Below are positions 36,611 to 46,178 of a DNA stretch of 64,000 nucleotides, one piece after another. Location: assembly GCA_964452565.1 (NCBI GenBank), contig CAYVLY010000001.1, positions 78,638-142,637 on the forward strand. Reading direction: 5' to 3'. The notes beneath the pieces were generated by a model, which had not been told where the DNA came from, did no database searches, and saw only the letters and a list, made by a program, of their open reading frames with translations. Source of the stretch: an uncultured Gammaproteobacteria bacterium (GTDB lineage Bacteria > Patescibacteriota > Patescibacteriia > UBA9934). The position numbers and the translations under genes were made by a program. Every line of letters starts with the position of its first letter. Positions within the stretch are counted from its first letter, which is position 1.

Positions 36611-36720
36611 CGCTGCTCTCATGCGGCGCTTTCATGCTTTTTTATAACAATAGGCGGTATAAAAGTTTGTTTATCAACCATCTACTGCATACTGCCTACT
36701 TTTGATATAATCAACCCACT

Positions 36721-38103
36721 ATGCCTATCAAACTCTATAATACACTTACGCGGCAGAAGGAGGGTCTTAAGCCGATAATCAAGGGAAAAGTCGGGCTTTA
36801 TTCTTGTGGACCAACAGTTTATCTTCGAGCTAGTATTGGAAATCTTCGAGCTTATGTGTTTGTTGATCTTCTAAAACGTGCACTTAGATTGAATGATCTT
36901 GAAGTAAAGCATGTGATGAACATAACAGATGTTGGTCATTTGGTTGGTGATGAATCAGAAGGTGAAGATAAACTTGAAAAGACATCTCGAGAGACTGGGA
37001 AAACAGCTTGGGATATTGCCAAAGAGTACACCGATCTTTTCATGAAGGACATGAAGAAGCTCAATATTATAGAACCTGATGTGATACCAAAAGCAACTGA
37101 TCATATTGAACAGCAGATCGAGCTCATCAAAGTCCTAGAAGAGAAAGGATTCACTTATCAAACATCAGACGGCATTTATTTTGATACTTCGAAGTTGGAT
37201 GATTACGGCAAGCTCTCAGGTCAGAAGCTTGAAGAAAAAGAAGAAGGCGCGCGGGTTGAAAAAAATCCAGAAAAGAAAAACGCTACTGACTTTGCGCTTT
37301 GGAAGTTCTCGCCTAAAGATCAAAAGCGTCAGATGGAGTGGGAGTCACCCTGGGGGATTGGTTTTCCAGGCTGGCATATTGAATGTTCTGCGATGAGTGA
37401 GGAGTATCTTGGCGTGCCGTTCGATATTCACACTGGAGGAATAGATCACATTCCAGTTCATCACCCTAATGAGATTGCTCAGACTGAAGCAGCTCGTGGC
37501 AAGCCATTGTCTAACATCTGGATGCATAATGAGTTTTTACAGATCGATGGCGGAAAAATGTCAAAGTCACTTAGAAATGTGTACTCGCTCGATAATTTAA
37601 AGGAAAAAGGCTTTGAGCCACTTACATATCGATATTTCTTGCTTGGAGCGCATTATCGTCAAAAGCAAAACTTTACATGGGAATCGATTGAAGCTGCGCA
37701 GAATGCTTTGAACAAGCTTCGAAAGCTAATTATTGAACTTCCTCACGGTAATGATATTAGCGAGAGCTATGAGTCTCAGCTGATTGATCGCATTAATGAT
37801 GATTTGGATATCCCTGGTGTATTATCAGTGCTGTGGACAATGCTAAAGGACAAAGATCTAAAGCCAGGAACAAAGTATGCAACTGCAATGAAATTTGATG
37901 AGGTTTTAGGGCTTGAGTTGTCAGATCTTGAAAAACAGCAAATCGAAATACCGCAAGAGGTCCATGATTTGCTTGAGCTTCGAAAGAAGGCGCGTGAAGA
38001 AAAGAATTGGGACTTGTCAGATGAGATTCGCGATAAAATTAAAGATCATGGTTTTGAAGTAAAGGACTCAGATGAGGGTCAAGATCTAGAGGCGATTGTT
38101 TAG
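36721..38103 (+). CDS. cysS: Cysteine--tRNA ligase
   Basis: [47 protein letters not shown]. Confidence 0.98.
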   Translation: MPIKLYNTLTRQKEGLKPIIKGKVGLYSCGPTVYLRASIGNLRAYVFVDLLKRALRLNDLEVKHVMNITDVGHLVGDESEGEDKLEKTSRETGKTAWDIAKEYTDLFMKDMKKLNIIEPDVIPKATDHIEQQIELIKVLEEKGFTYQTSDGIYFDTSKLDDYGKLSGQKLEEKEEGARVEKNPEKKNATDFALWKFSPKDQKRQMEWESPWGIGFPGWHIECSAMSEEYLGVPFDIHTGGIDHIPVHHPNEIAQTEAARGKPLSNIWMHNEFLQIDGGKMSKSLRNVYSLDNLKEKGFEPLTYRYFLLGAHYRQKQNFTWESIEAAQNALNKLRKLIIELPHGNDISESYESQLIDRINDDLDIPGVLSVLWTMLKDKDLKPGTKYATAMKFDEVLGLELSDLEKQQIEIPQEVHDLLELRKKAREEKNWDLSDEIRDKIKDHGFEVKDSDEGQDLEAIV

Positions 38104-38133
38104 TGTACCTAATGGCATTCCGTCTCCCTGGCA

Positions 38134-38250
38134 CCATCCCAACGTTAGGAGGTATCCCAGGTCTTATCGTTTCTAAATTAGATCGAACGGCCGGCCAAAG
38201 AATAATATCAAGCCGGCCGGGATCCCTCGGCATTCGCCTCGGGATGGACG
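38134..38250. repeat. REP-like inverted pair
   Basis: CCATCCCAACGTTAGGAGGTATCCC ... GGGATCCCTCGGCATTCGCCTCGGGATGGACG. Confidence 0.6.
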
Positions 38251-38323
38251 TGCTCGCAGTGTGGCTGAGATTTTAACTGCATACTGCCTACTGCATACTG
38301 TATACTTTTGATATAATAAACCC

Positions 38324-38860
38324 ATGCCTGATGAGGAGGTAAAAGTCGAAAAGCAAACTAGTACGGCCCAAGAGCAAGGGCCTGATTTAGGTTTAGAAAG
38401 AGAGGTGCCAGCAGAAGTTAAAGAAGAGGTTCGTGAAGCTGAAAAAAAACCAGAGGCTAAACCTGAAAAGATTGAGCCAGAAAAGCCTCAGGAAGCTCCA
38501 GAAGTATCAGTTCCAAAAGCTGTTCCTGAAGAGCCAACTCAGGCACCAATAAAGAAAGATGAAATCTTAGTTGATCTAGAGGGTATTCTCGCAGATGATT
38601 TAACTGAAGTTTTTTTGGAGTTACCTGATGACAAGAAACTTGCTTTTAAGAAAAAGGGTGAGGAAGTTGCAATAAGAGTCTATGAGATGATCCACTCCGG
38701 AAAAGTTAAGGTTGGAAAGATTTTAGGTTGGATCCGCGAATGGCTTCGAATGATCCCAAGAGTTAATAAGTTTTTTATTGATCAAGAGGCTAAGATTAAG
38801 GCAGACAAGATTCTCACGTACGCAAGAGATCAACAAAAGCGTCGTCAAGATAAAATATGA
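38324..38860 (+). CDS. Hypothetical protein coupled to the downstream ATPase
   Basis: E/P/K-rich N-terminus, helical C-terminus; ATGA overlap with 38857. Confidence 0.75.
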   Translation: MPDEEVKVEKQTSTAQEQGPDLGLEREVPAEVKEEVREAEKKPEAKPEKIEPEKPQEAPEVSVPKAVPEEPTQAPIKKDEILVDLEGILADDLTEVFLELPDDKKLAFKKKGEEVAIRVYEMIHSGKVKVGKILGWIREWLRMIPRVNKFFIDQEAKIKADKILTYARDQQKRRQDKI

Positions 38861-41355
38861 TCGAAGAGTTTTTAAACAATCCACTTATGCTGGTGTACCT
38901 GTTGCTAGGGGTTGTTTTGATTTTTGCAATCATTATAGCGGTGCTATTTTTTGTCAGAAAGTATTTAAGAAAGGGACAGATGATGCGTGGAGGCGAGTTC
39001 TCAGGCGTCACAATGATGATTACTGTGCCAAAGTTCAAAAGTGAAGCAGAATCAAAGAGTGATGAAAAGACAGCTGACATTAAGGAAGATATTGCAATAG
39101 CTGAGACATTTTTCGCTGCAATTGGTGGTCTAAAGCCTCAAAAAGGATTTAAGCCATGGCTTTACGGAAGAACAGATGAAATTGCACTTGAAATGGTTGC
39201 ACATGAAAAGGTTATAACGTTTTACATCACAGTTCCTCGCTACATGCAGAACTTTGTTGAGCAGCAACTTCATGCTCAATACAGTGCCGCAGCAATTGAA
39301 CCAGTGAAAGATTACAATATATTTTCACCAAGTGGAACCATTGTTGGTGGTTATTTGGTTTTGAAGCGTGAGAATGCATTACCTATCAAAACGTATACCG
39401 AAATGGAGGGCGATCCGCTTAATGCAATTACAAATGCTCTCTCAAAGGTTCCAGAAGGTGATGGTGTGGCTGTGCAGTACGTTGTTCGATCAGCAAGAGG
39501 AGAATGGCGGTCATTAGGAAAGAAGATCGTCAAGAACATGAAAAAGGGAATGGGCTATGAGGAAGCAAAGAAAGGAGGGGACTCTGGATGGGGAAAGATG
39601 CTAAAGTCTCAGGTATCAAAGACTGATGAGGGTCCAAAAGAGCCAAGGCAACTTTCTGCTACAGAGCAAAAGATGATGGAGGGAATTGAAAAGAAGGCCA
39701 GCAAGGCTGGGCTTGATATAAATGTAAGAATTGTTGCGAGCGCACAAAGCTCTGATGCTGCAACAATGTACTTGAATCAGGTTTTGCAGGCTTACAACCA
39801 GTACAACATTTACGAATACGGAAATTCATTTGAAAAGTCAGTTCCAAGACGTAGTACCTTAGTTCAAGATTTTATTTATCGAAAGTTAAGGAGTAAGTAT
39901 AAGCTCGTTCTTAATACTGAAGAGCTTGCTGGACTTTGGCATCTTCCAATTCCTTCAACTGAAACCCCGAATATCCGTTGGATGCTAGCAAGAACAGCGC
40001 CAGTACCGCCTGAGGTTCCAGATGAAGGTGATTTTAAGATTGGACACAATATATATCGTGGACATAAAACAGATGTTTTCATGAAAAATGAGGATCGTAC
40101 GCGACACATGTACGTCCTTGGTAAAACCGGTACTGGTAAATCTGTATTTTTGCGGTCAATGGCAATTCAGGATATTAAGAATGGAAAAGGTGTTGCTGTG
40201 ATTGATCCACATGGTGATTTAGTTGATGCAATCATGGGCCAGATCCCAAAGGAGCGCATTGATGATGTGATTTACTTTAATCCGTCTGACACGGAGAGGC
40301 CAATGGGTCTTAACATGCTTGAGGCTAAGAGTGAAGCTGATCGCGATTTTGCGGTGCAGGAGATGATCTCAATCTTCTACATGTTGTTCCCACCAGAGAT
40401 GATCGGTCCGATGTTTGAGCACAACATGCGTAACTTTATGCTGACTCTGATGGCTGATCAGGAGAATCCTGGAACAATTGCAGAGATACCGCGAATGATT
40501 TCAGACGAAAAGTTCCAAAAGAAGTGGGTGTCAAAAGTTAAAGATCCAGTCGTTAGATCCTTCTGGGAAGACGAAATGGCAAAGACTTCTGATTATCATA
40601 AGTCTGAGATGATGGGATATCTTGTATCAAAAGTTGGTCGTTTTGTAGAAAACGAGATGATGCGTAACATCATCGGTCAGTCAAAATCAGCATTTAACTT
40701 TCGCGAGATAATGGACGAGGGCAAGATTTTGCTTGTGAACCTTTCGAAAGGTAAAACTGGTGATGTAAACGGAAACCTACTTGGACTAATCATGGTATCG
40801 AAGCTCCAAATGGCAGCGTTTGGCCGAGCAGACATGGCAGAGGAGGATCGAAAAGATTTCTTCTTGTATGTTGATGAGTTCCAAAACTTTATTACGCCTT
40901 CAATCGCGACAATCCTGTCTGAGGCTAGAAAGTATCGATTAAATCTTATAATGGCCCATCAGTACATGGGGCAATTAATAAAAGACGGTAAGACTGAGAC
41001 GCGGGATGCCATTTTAGGTAACGTTGGAACAACGCTTGTATCAAGAATTGGTCCAGAGGATGTTGAGATTTTATCGAAAATATATGAACCGACTCTATCT
41101 GGTTATGATTTGATGAATAATGAGGAGTTTGCATGGAATGCGCGTATCATTGTAGATATGTCACAAACAAAGCCATTTACACTGAAGGCAGAGTGGCCAG
41201 GAAAGCATAATCAAAAGTTAACCGATGCTCTTAAGGAGGTATCTCGACTTACATATGGACGGCCAAAGGATTTGGTTGAGCGTGGAATCGCACTGCGAGC
41301 GGGAATTGGAGCAAAGCGTGAAGTAACAAAGCCTCCGATGCCAACAGGGCGATAG
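38857..41355 (+). CDS. VirD4/TraD-like ATPase fused to a TM and N-terminal domain
   Basis: DRTRH.Y..GKTGTGKS, IDPHGD, YVDEFQNF, LSEARKYRL. Confidence 0.88.
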   Translation: MIEEFLNNPLMLVYLLLGVVLIFAIIIAVLFFVRKYLRKGQMMRGGEFSGVTMMITVPKFKSEAESKSDEKTADIKEDIAIAETFFAAIGGLKPQKGFKPWLYGRTDEIALEMVAHEKVITFYITVPRYMQNFVEQQLHAQYSAAAIEPVKDYNIFSPSGTIVGGYLVLKRENALPIKTYTEMEGDPLNAITNALSKVPEGDGVAVQYVVRSARGEWRSLGKKIVKNMKKGMGYEEAKKGGDSGWGKMLKSQVSKTDEGPKEPRQLSATEQKMMEGIEKKASKAGLDINVRIVASAQSSDAATMYLNQVLQAYNQYNIYEYGNSFEKSVPRRSTLVQDFIYRKLRSKYKLVLNTEELAGLWHLPIPSTETPNIRWMLARTAPVPPEVPDEGDFKIGHNIYRGHKTDVFMKNEDRTRHMYVLGKTGTGKSVFLRSMAIQDIKNGKGVAVIDPHGDLVDAIMGQIPKERIDDVIYFNPSDTERPMGLNMLEAKSEADRDFAVQEMISIFYMLFPPEMIGPMFEHNMRNFMLTLMADQENPGTIAEIPRMISDEKFQKKWVSKVKDPVVRSFWEDEMAKTSDYHKSEMMGYLVSKVGRFVENEMMRNIIGQSKSAFNFREIMDEGKILLVNLSKGKTGDVNGNLLGLIMVSKLQMAAFGRADMAEEDRKDFFLYVDEFQNFITPSIATILSEARKYRLNLIMAHQYMGQLIKDGKTETRDAILGNVGTTLVSRIGPEDVEILSKIYEPTLSGYDLMNNEEFAWNARIIVDMSQTKPFTLKAEWPGKHNQKLTDALKEVSRLTYGRPKDLVERGIALRAGIGAKREVTKPPMPTGR

Positions 41356-41414
41356 AAATTAGAAAGCATGAACCGCACCTCAAGGGGTGCGGTTTTCGAA
41401 TCGTACGAGTTGGT

Positions 41415-41942
41415 CTACTGGGCGTAGTATAGAGTGCTTGTGTACGATATGCAGTTGTAGAAGAAGTGAAGTGCCCAGCAGCAGGCTAGTCCGACCAGGA
41501 TGCCCCAACCACCTCTCCAGCCGCCGCACTTCAGATAAACGATATGTAGCGCGATTCCGAGCGGCAGGTAGGTGAAAAGCGCCATCAGGACTCCCATCGA
41601 GCCGAGTGTATGGAGAATTGAGAAGATCACGGATGAAGTGATGATCAACGGCAGTATCACGAACCTATGTGTTCCAGCGATCCACTTCGCGACAGCAGTA
41701 GTCAGTACCCGTCCCACCAGTTCTTCGAAAAGAGACTGGAGGGGTGTGACGAAGATCATGACCAGGATCATGTCGTGAACCAGCTCAGGGTAGCGCTCGG
41801 GCCGCGGCTCGTGCATGACGTAGATTGCGACCAGTGGTTTGATCTGTGCGTAGATCGTCAGGGCGAGAAGCGTTATGCCAAGCATTACGATCAGCTCGCT
41901 GGCCTTGGGCTTTTCTTCGATCCAGTTCAGGAACGTGTTCAC
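41415..41942 (-). CDS. CPBP (Abi/CAAX) intramembrane metalloprotease (GC-rich, own promoter and SD)
   Basis: EELVGR, FSILH, HFFYN motifs; TTGACA-N17-TAATAT (42004-41976); AACCCCGGAGG before GTG. Confidence 0.8.
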   Translation of the reverse strand: MNTFLNWIEEKPKASELIVMLGITLLALTIYAQIKPLVAIYVMHEPRPERYPELVHDMILVMIFVTPLQSLFEELVGRVLTTAVAKWIAGTHRFVILPLIITSSVIFSILHTLGSMGVLMALFTYLPLGIALHIVYLKCGGWRGGWGILVGLACCWALHFFYNCISYTSTLYYAQ

Positions 41943-42037
41943 GGTGTACCTCCGGGGTTGTTTAGCGAACAGATGATATTAGACCACAAATGTAGTTTTG
42001 TCAATCATAATTGCAAGTGTGGTAAAATGATCCGCGT

Positions 42038-43531
42038 ATGAGTCAAGCGCTTTATCGAAAATATAGACCATCGCAGTTTAGCGATGTTTTTGGTCAAAAA
42101 CATGTTGTTCAGACCATTCAGAATCAGATCGCTGATGAGAATGTTGCGCACGCTTATCTTTTTGCAGGCCCTCGTGGGATTGGTAAGACAACGATTGCAC
42201 GGTTGTTGGCTAAGACTGTTAATTGCGAAGATCGTAAAGGTAAGCCAGAGGCCTGTGGGAAGTGTAAGCATTGTGAGGCGTTTAATAAGAACAATGCGCT
42301 GGATATTGTTGAAATAGATGCTGCAAGTAATACGGGTGTGGACAATGTTCGTGAGAATATTATCGAAGCCATAAGGTTTGCGCCAACAACCGGATCCTTC
42401 AAGGTTTTTATTATTGATGAGGTTCACATGCTTTCAGCAAGTGCTTTTAATGCGCTTTTGAAAACTCTGGAAGAGCCGCCTGAATATGGAATATTTGTTT
42501 TGGCTACAACTGAGATTCACAAGATTCCACAAACAATTATTTCAAGGTGTCAGCGTTTTGATCTTCATAGATTGACTGAGGATGAGATTGTTAAGCGTTT
42601 GAATTCAATTCTAAAGGCTGAGAAAATTAAGGCCGATGATTCAGTGCTAAAGACTGTCGCGAAGCTCTCAGAGGGCTGCCTGCGTGATGCTGAGAGTCTT
42701 TTGAGCCAGATCATGGCACTTGGTGAGAAGGAGATAACTGAGGACCTAGCTTCGATCGTCTTACCGCGTACAAACACTCAAACTGTTGAGAATATACTGC
42801 AGTTCTGCGAGGTGTCAGATGCTTCTGCTGCAATTAGTGAATTGTTGGAATTTATCGAGCAAGGCGGGTCTGTAAAAAGATTGAATGACGATCTCATCGA
42901 AGAGTGTAGATTAAAAATGATGGAAAACTTAGGTCAAGACATGTCAAAGGTCGCATGGTTTAGATCAGCCCTTGAGGAATTCTTAAAGGCACGGACAACA
43001 TCGGCACCTGAGACGATCCCACATTTATCGCTTGAGCTGGCAATTGTAGAAATTTGTGGGGCGGGCAAGTCAAATCTCCCCCTTCCCAAGGGGGAGGAAG
43101 AGGGGGTTGCCGATGATAAAATCAAACAAGATTCGACCCCCCTCCTTGCGAAGGAGGGGTTGGGGGAGGTCACTAATCAAACCACGGAGGAAAAGAATAC
43201 GGCCTCCAGTGCCGTATTTAACATTGAGGACCTTCGATCAAAGTGGAAGCGTTGCTGCGATGAAGTTTCAAAAACAAACATTGCATTGCCTTTAGCTTTG
43301 AAAGACGCCCAGCTTATCGAAATAAATGATCAAGGATTAGTGATGGGTTTTGAGCGGCAATTTCATTTTGATTCAGTAAGTCAGCGTAAGAATCTCGACG
43401 TGGTCTCTGACGCGATCGAGCGAGTGATTGGGGCTAAGCTCGTCATTTTTACAAAGTTTATAGACGCCAAGGAGGACGAGGTGCCAATCCAGAATCTAGC
43501 TGCCGCCTTTGGTGGATCTGTAGTCGATTAG
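42038..43531 (+). CDS. dnaX: DNA polymerase III subunit gamma/tau
   Basis: LYRKYRP..F, GPRGIGKTT, EIDAAS, IIDEVHML, SRCQ. Confidence 0.97.
   Translation: MSQALYRKYRPSQFSDVFGQKHVVQTIQNQIADENVAHAYLFAGPRGIGKTTIARLLAKTVNCEDRKGKPEACGKCKHCEAFNKNNALDIVEIDAASNTGVDNVRENIIEAIRFAPTTGSFKVFIIDEVHMLSASAFNALLKTLEEPPEYGIFVLATTEIHKIPQTIISRCQRFDLHRLTEDEIVKRLNSILKAEKIKADDSVLKTVAKLSEGCLRDAESLLSQIMALGEKEITEDLASIVLPRTNTQTVENILQFCEVSDASAAISELLEFIEQGGSVKRLNDDLIEECRLKMMENLGQDMSKVAWFRSALEEFLKARTTSAPETIPHLSLELAIVEICGAGKSNLPLPKGEEEGVADDKIKQDSTPLLAKEGLGEVTNQTTEEKNTASSAVFNIEDLRSKWKRCCDEVSKTNIALPLALKDAQLIEINDQGLVMGFERQFHFDSVSQRKNLDVVSDAIERVIGAKLVIFTKFIDAKEDEVPIQNLAAAFGGSVVD
43076..43170. repeat. Two palindromic repeats in-frame in the DnaX linker
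   Basis: CTCCCCCTTCCCAAGGGGGAG..GAGGGGGTT and CCCCTCCTTGCGAAGGAGGGGTTGGGGGAGGT (LPLPKGEEEGV, PLLAKEGLGEV). Confidence 0.8.
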
Positions 43532-43544
43532 AAAAAACAGGACG

Positions 43545-44006
43545 CTAGTCCTGTTTTCTTATTATCTGTTCGAATTCTCTCAAAGCCTTTTTTTGACCTT
43601 TTAGGATGTGCGCACCGCGACGCTTGCTTTGTACTAGTTCGATCGCCTCATCTACTGTGTAGCCATTATGTATCAGATAGGCAGCTACCATTGTCGGCCC
43701 ACGACCGTGACCATTCATACAATGGATGTATATCTTCTTTCCAGCATCCATCAGTGATTTCATGGCTCGTACTCCTTGTAGTAATTGATCTTGGCTCGGA
43801 GCAGTTGCATCTGGCACTGGTAGCCAGAGATAGTATTCGATGCCAAATGGAGCATCAACACGCTCACCTTCAAGTGAGATGTCGGCGTAGACACCTTTTT
43901 CGATCAACTCCTGATCAAAGTGAACCTGGCAGCAGAAGTTGGTTCCTACAAATATCTGATCAGTAATCTGATCATAATCTAGTTTGTTGTGTGGCACATC
44001 TCCCAT
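43545..44006 (-). CDS. Dual-specificity protein phosphatase family protein
   Basis: P.PD...P and HCMNGHGRG (HCxxGxxR). Confidence 0.9.
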   Translation of the reverse strand: MGDVPHNKLDYDQITDQIFVGTNFCCQVHFDQELIEKGVYADISLEGERVDAPFGIEYYLWLPVPDATAPSQDQLLQGVRAMKSLMDAGKKIYIHCMNGHGRGPTMVAAYLIHNGYTVDEAIELVQSKRRGAHILKGQKKALREFEQIIRKQD

Positions 44007-44072
44007 ATATTATAAGTCTATCACGCATTGACTAAAGTGTCCTTTTTAGGTATTATCGCTTCGCGCAATTAT

Positions 44073-44146
44073 TCCCGGATCGTCTAACGGCAGGACGTCT
44101 GGTTCTGGTCCAGAAAATCGGGGTTCGAATCCCTGTCCGGGAACCA
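44073..44146 (+). tRNA. tRNA-Gln (CTG)
   Basis: TCCCGGA/TCCGGGA acceptor, TCTGG-TT CTG GT-CCAGA, GGTTCGAATCC, CCA; terminator 44147-44176. Confidence 0.97.
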
Positions 44147-44248
44147 AAAAACACCACTCAATGAGTGGTGTTTTTTGTATGCTTGACTTTTTCGATAAAA
44201 TAAGCTATAGTCCTTTGTCTACCCAAAACCCGCAACCCTGGAGGAATC

Positions 44249-44533
44249 ATGAAGGGTATGGCCAATTGGTGGTGCTTCAAGCTGCTCGTGAGCCTCTGGA
44301 TCCGAGTATGCGCCACCTCCCGCTCTGACGAGCTGGCAACAGATGATGCTGCATTGGTCGAAGATACCAATGAGGCATCTGAGCTACTCCCACCCCTGCT
44401 GGAGCTTGTGTACGACAGCGGAGCCCCTCAGACACGAGGACTGCGTCTTCCAGAGACGCGCGATGATCTCATTCGTCGCCGATCCCATCTCGAGCTTAAG
44501 TGGAGTCGATCCGGGCGTCGCCAGGCCAGCTAG
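44249..44533 (+). CDS. Hypothetical protein (GC-rich orphan)
   Basis: TTGACT-N17-TATAGT at 44183; AACCCTGGAGGAATC before ATG; hairpin downstream. Confidence 0.55.
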   Translation: MKGMANWWCFKLLVSLWIRVCATSRSDELATDDAALVEDTNEASELLPPLLELVYDSGAPQTRGLRLPETRDDLIRRRSHLELKWSRSGRRQAS

Positions 44534-44689
44534 AGTCCACCATCCGTTCGTATCAGCGACCCATCTCTGGGTCGCTGAAGTGCTTTTCAAAAACCACTAA
44601 TTTTTGCAAAATATTTATCAACAACTATTGACAAAAGGCCATTTTTATGCTAAAGTTATTGTGTTAACTTAATCTTAAAATATATTTAT

Positions 44690-44911
44690 ATGGTATATGG
44701 TAGAGTTGAAAGTGAAGATCCAAATGTTGCACGAATGCGTAAGCGTGCTGCAGAATCTCGAGATAAGAGACGTGCAGAAGCTGAGGGAGCAGAAGAGGAA
44801 GATACTCGAACCCCTGAGCAGGTTAACGCTGATGCACAGCGTGATGCAGATGCACGTGCGGCGGCAGCAGCAGGTGAAGCACCTGCAGAAGATGTGAAGG
44901 AAGCTGCATAA
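44690..44911 (+). CDS. Small A/E/R-rich hypothetical protein
   Basis: 73 aa; TTGACA-N17-TAAAGT at 44628; hairpin downstream. Confidence 0.55.
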   Translation: MVYGRVESEDPNVARMRKRAAESRDKRRAEAEGAEEEDTRTPEQVNADAQRDADARAAAAAGEAPAEDVKEAA

Positions 44912-44978
44912 AGATCTCAAATAAACAAAACAGGCCCTACGTGGGCTTGTTTTGTTTTTCATGATATTCTTTTTAGGT

Positions 44979-46055
44979 ATGAAAAAGCCAAAAGTACTAG
45001 TTGGAATGAGTGGTGGAGTTGATTCTTCTGTTGCTGCTTTGCTGCTGAAAAAGCAGGGTTTTGAGGTTATTGGTGGGTTCATGAAAAACTGGAGTGATGA
45101 AGTTTGCTATAAGGAAAAGGTATCGGAATGTGAGTGGCGCACTGAACGGCGTGATGCAATGCGCATAGCTGCAAGTCTGGGGATCGAACTTCATACTTTT
45201 GATTTCGAAGACGAATATCGAAAGCAAGTTTATGAGTACATGCTTTCTGAGTATAAGGCTGGCCGAACTCCAAATCCTGACGTTTTGTGTAATAAGTACA
45301 TGAAGTTTGGATTATTTCTTGAAAAGGCAAAGGAGCTTGGTTGTAAATATGTTGCAACAGGTCACTATGCTCGGATTAAGCATGGTCGATCAGGCTCAAA
45401 GTTACTCACAGGCAAAGATCGAGATAAAGATCAGTCTTACTTCCTGGCGCGATTGACCCAGGATCAGCTTAGTCATGTTTTATTTCCGATTGGCAAATTA
45501 AAGAAGTCTAAGGTTCGAAAAATAGCAGAAAAGAACGATCTACATGTTGCGGGTAAGAAAGATAGTCAAGGGATTTGCTTCGTGGGCAAGGTTGCACTTG
45601 ATGATTTTCTTAGCGATCGCATCAAAGAGCAAGAAGGGGATATTATTAATACTAAAGGAAACATTCTTGGAAAGCACAAAGGTCACATGTTTTTCACGAT
45701 TGGTCAGCGACATGGTTTAAATCTAGGCGGGACTGATCCATACTTTGTTGTTGAACGTCGACCTGAGTCAAACGAGGTTGTTGTAGCGCATGAAGGCGAT
45801 CAAAGCTTATTTCGATCTGAGCTAGTTGCAACTGATATAACAGAAACAATCGAGGGCCGACTTGAGAAGCTGATCGGAAAAAAGCTAAAAGCTCGTATTC
45901 GTTATCGGCAACCACTCCAAAAGTGCCGAATAACTAAAATAAAAAGGGGTCAGACCCACGTAGAATTCAACAAACCTCAACGCGCTGTAGCTCCAGGGCA
46001 GTTCATTGCTTGGCATAAGGGAAAAGAGCTTATCGGATCAGGGATTATTACATAG
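44979..46055 (+). CDS. mnmA: tRNA 2-thiouridylase MnmA
   Basis: MSGGVDSSV, TPNPDV.CN, ATGHYA, KDQSYFL, DSQGICF, PGQ. Confidence 0.97.
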   Translation: MKKPKVLVGMSGGVDSSVAALLLKKQGFEVIGGFMKNWSDEVCYKEKVSECEWRTERRDAMRIAASLGIELHTFDFEDEYRKQVYEYMLSEYKAGRTPNPDVLCNKYMKFGLFLEKAKELGCKYVATGHYARIKHGRSGSKLLTGKDRDKDQSYFLARLTQDQLSHVLFPIGKLKKSKVRKIAEKNDLHVAGKKDSQGICFVGKVALDDFLSDRIKEQEGDIINTKGNILGKHKGHMFFTIGQRHGLNLGGTDPYFVVERRPESNEVVVAHEGDQSLFRSELVATDITETIEGRLEKLIGKKLKARIRYRQPLQKCRITKIKRGQTHVEFNKPQRAVAPGQFIAWHKGKELIGSGIIT

Positions 46056-46178
46056 GTACAAGAGTTGATACGATAGTATCAAACATGCGACATTCTCGAC
46101 AATTGGTCTTATTTTAGGTACTCTATTCAACGCTAATACCAGCCGGAAGTCGAATTTTGAAATTAGCATTATTGTTTT

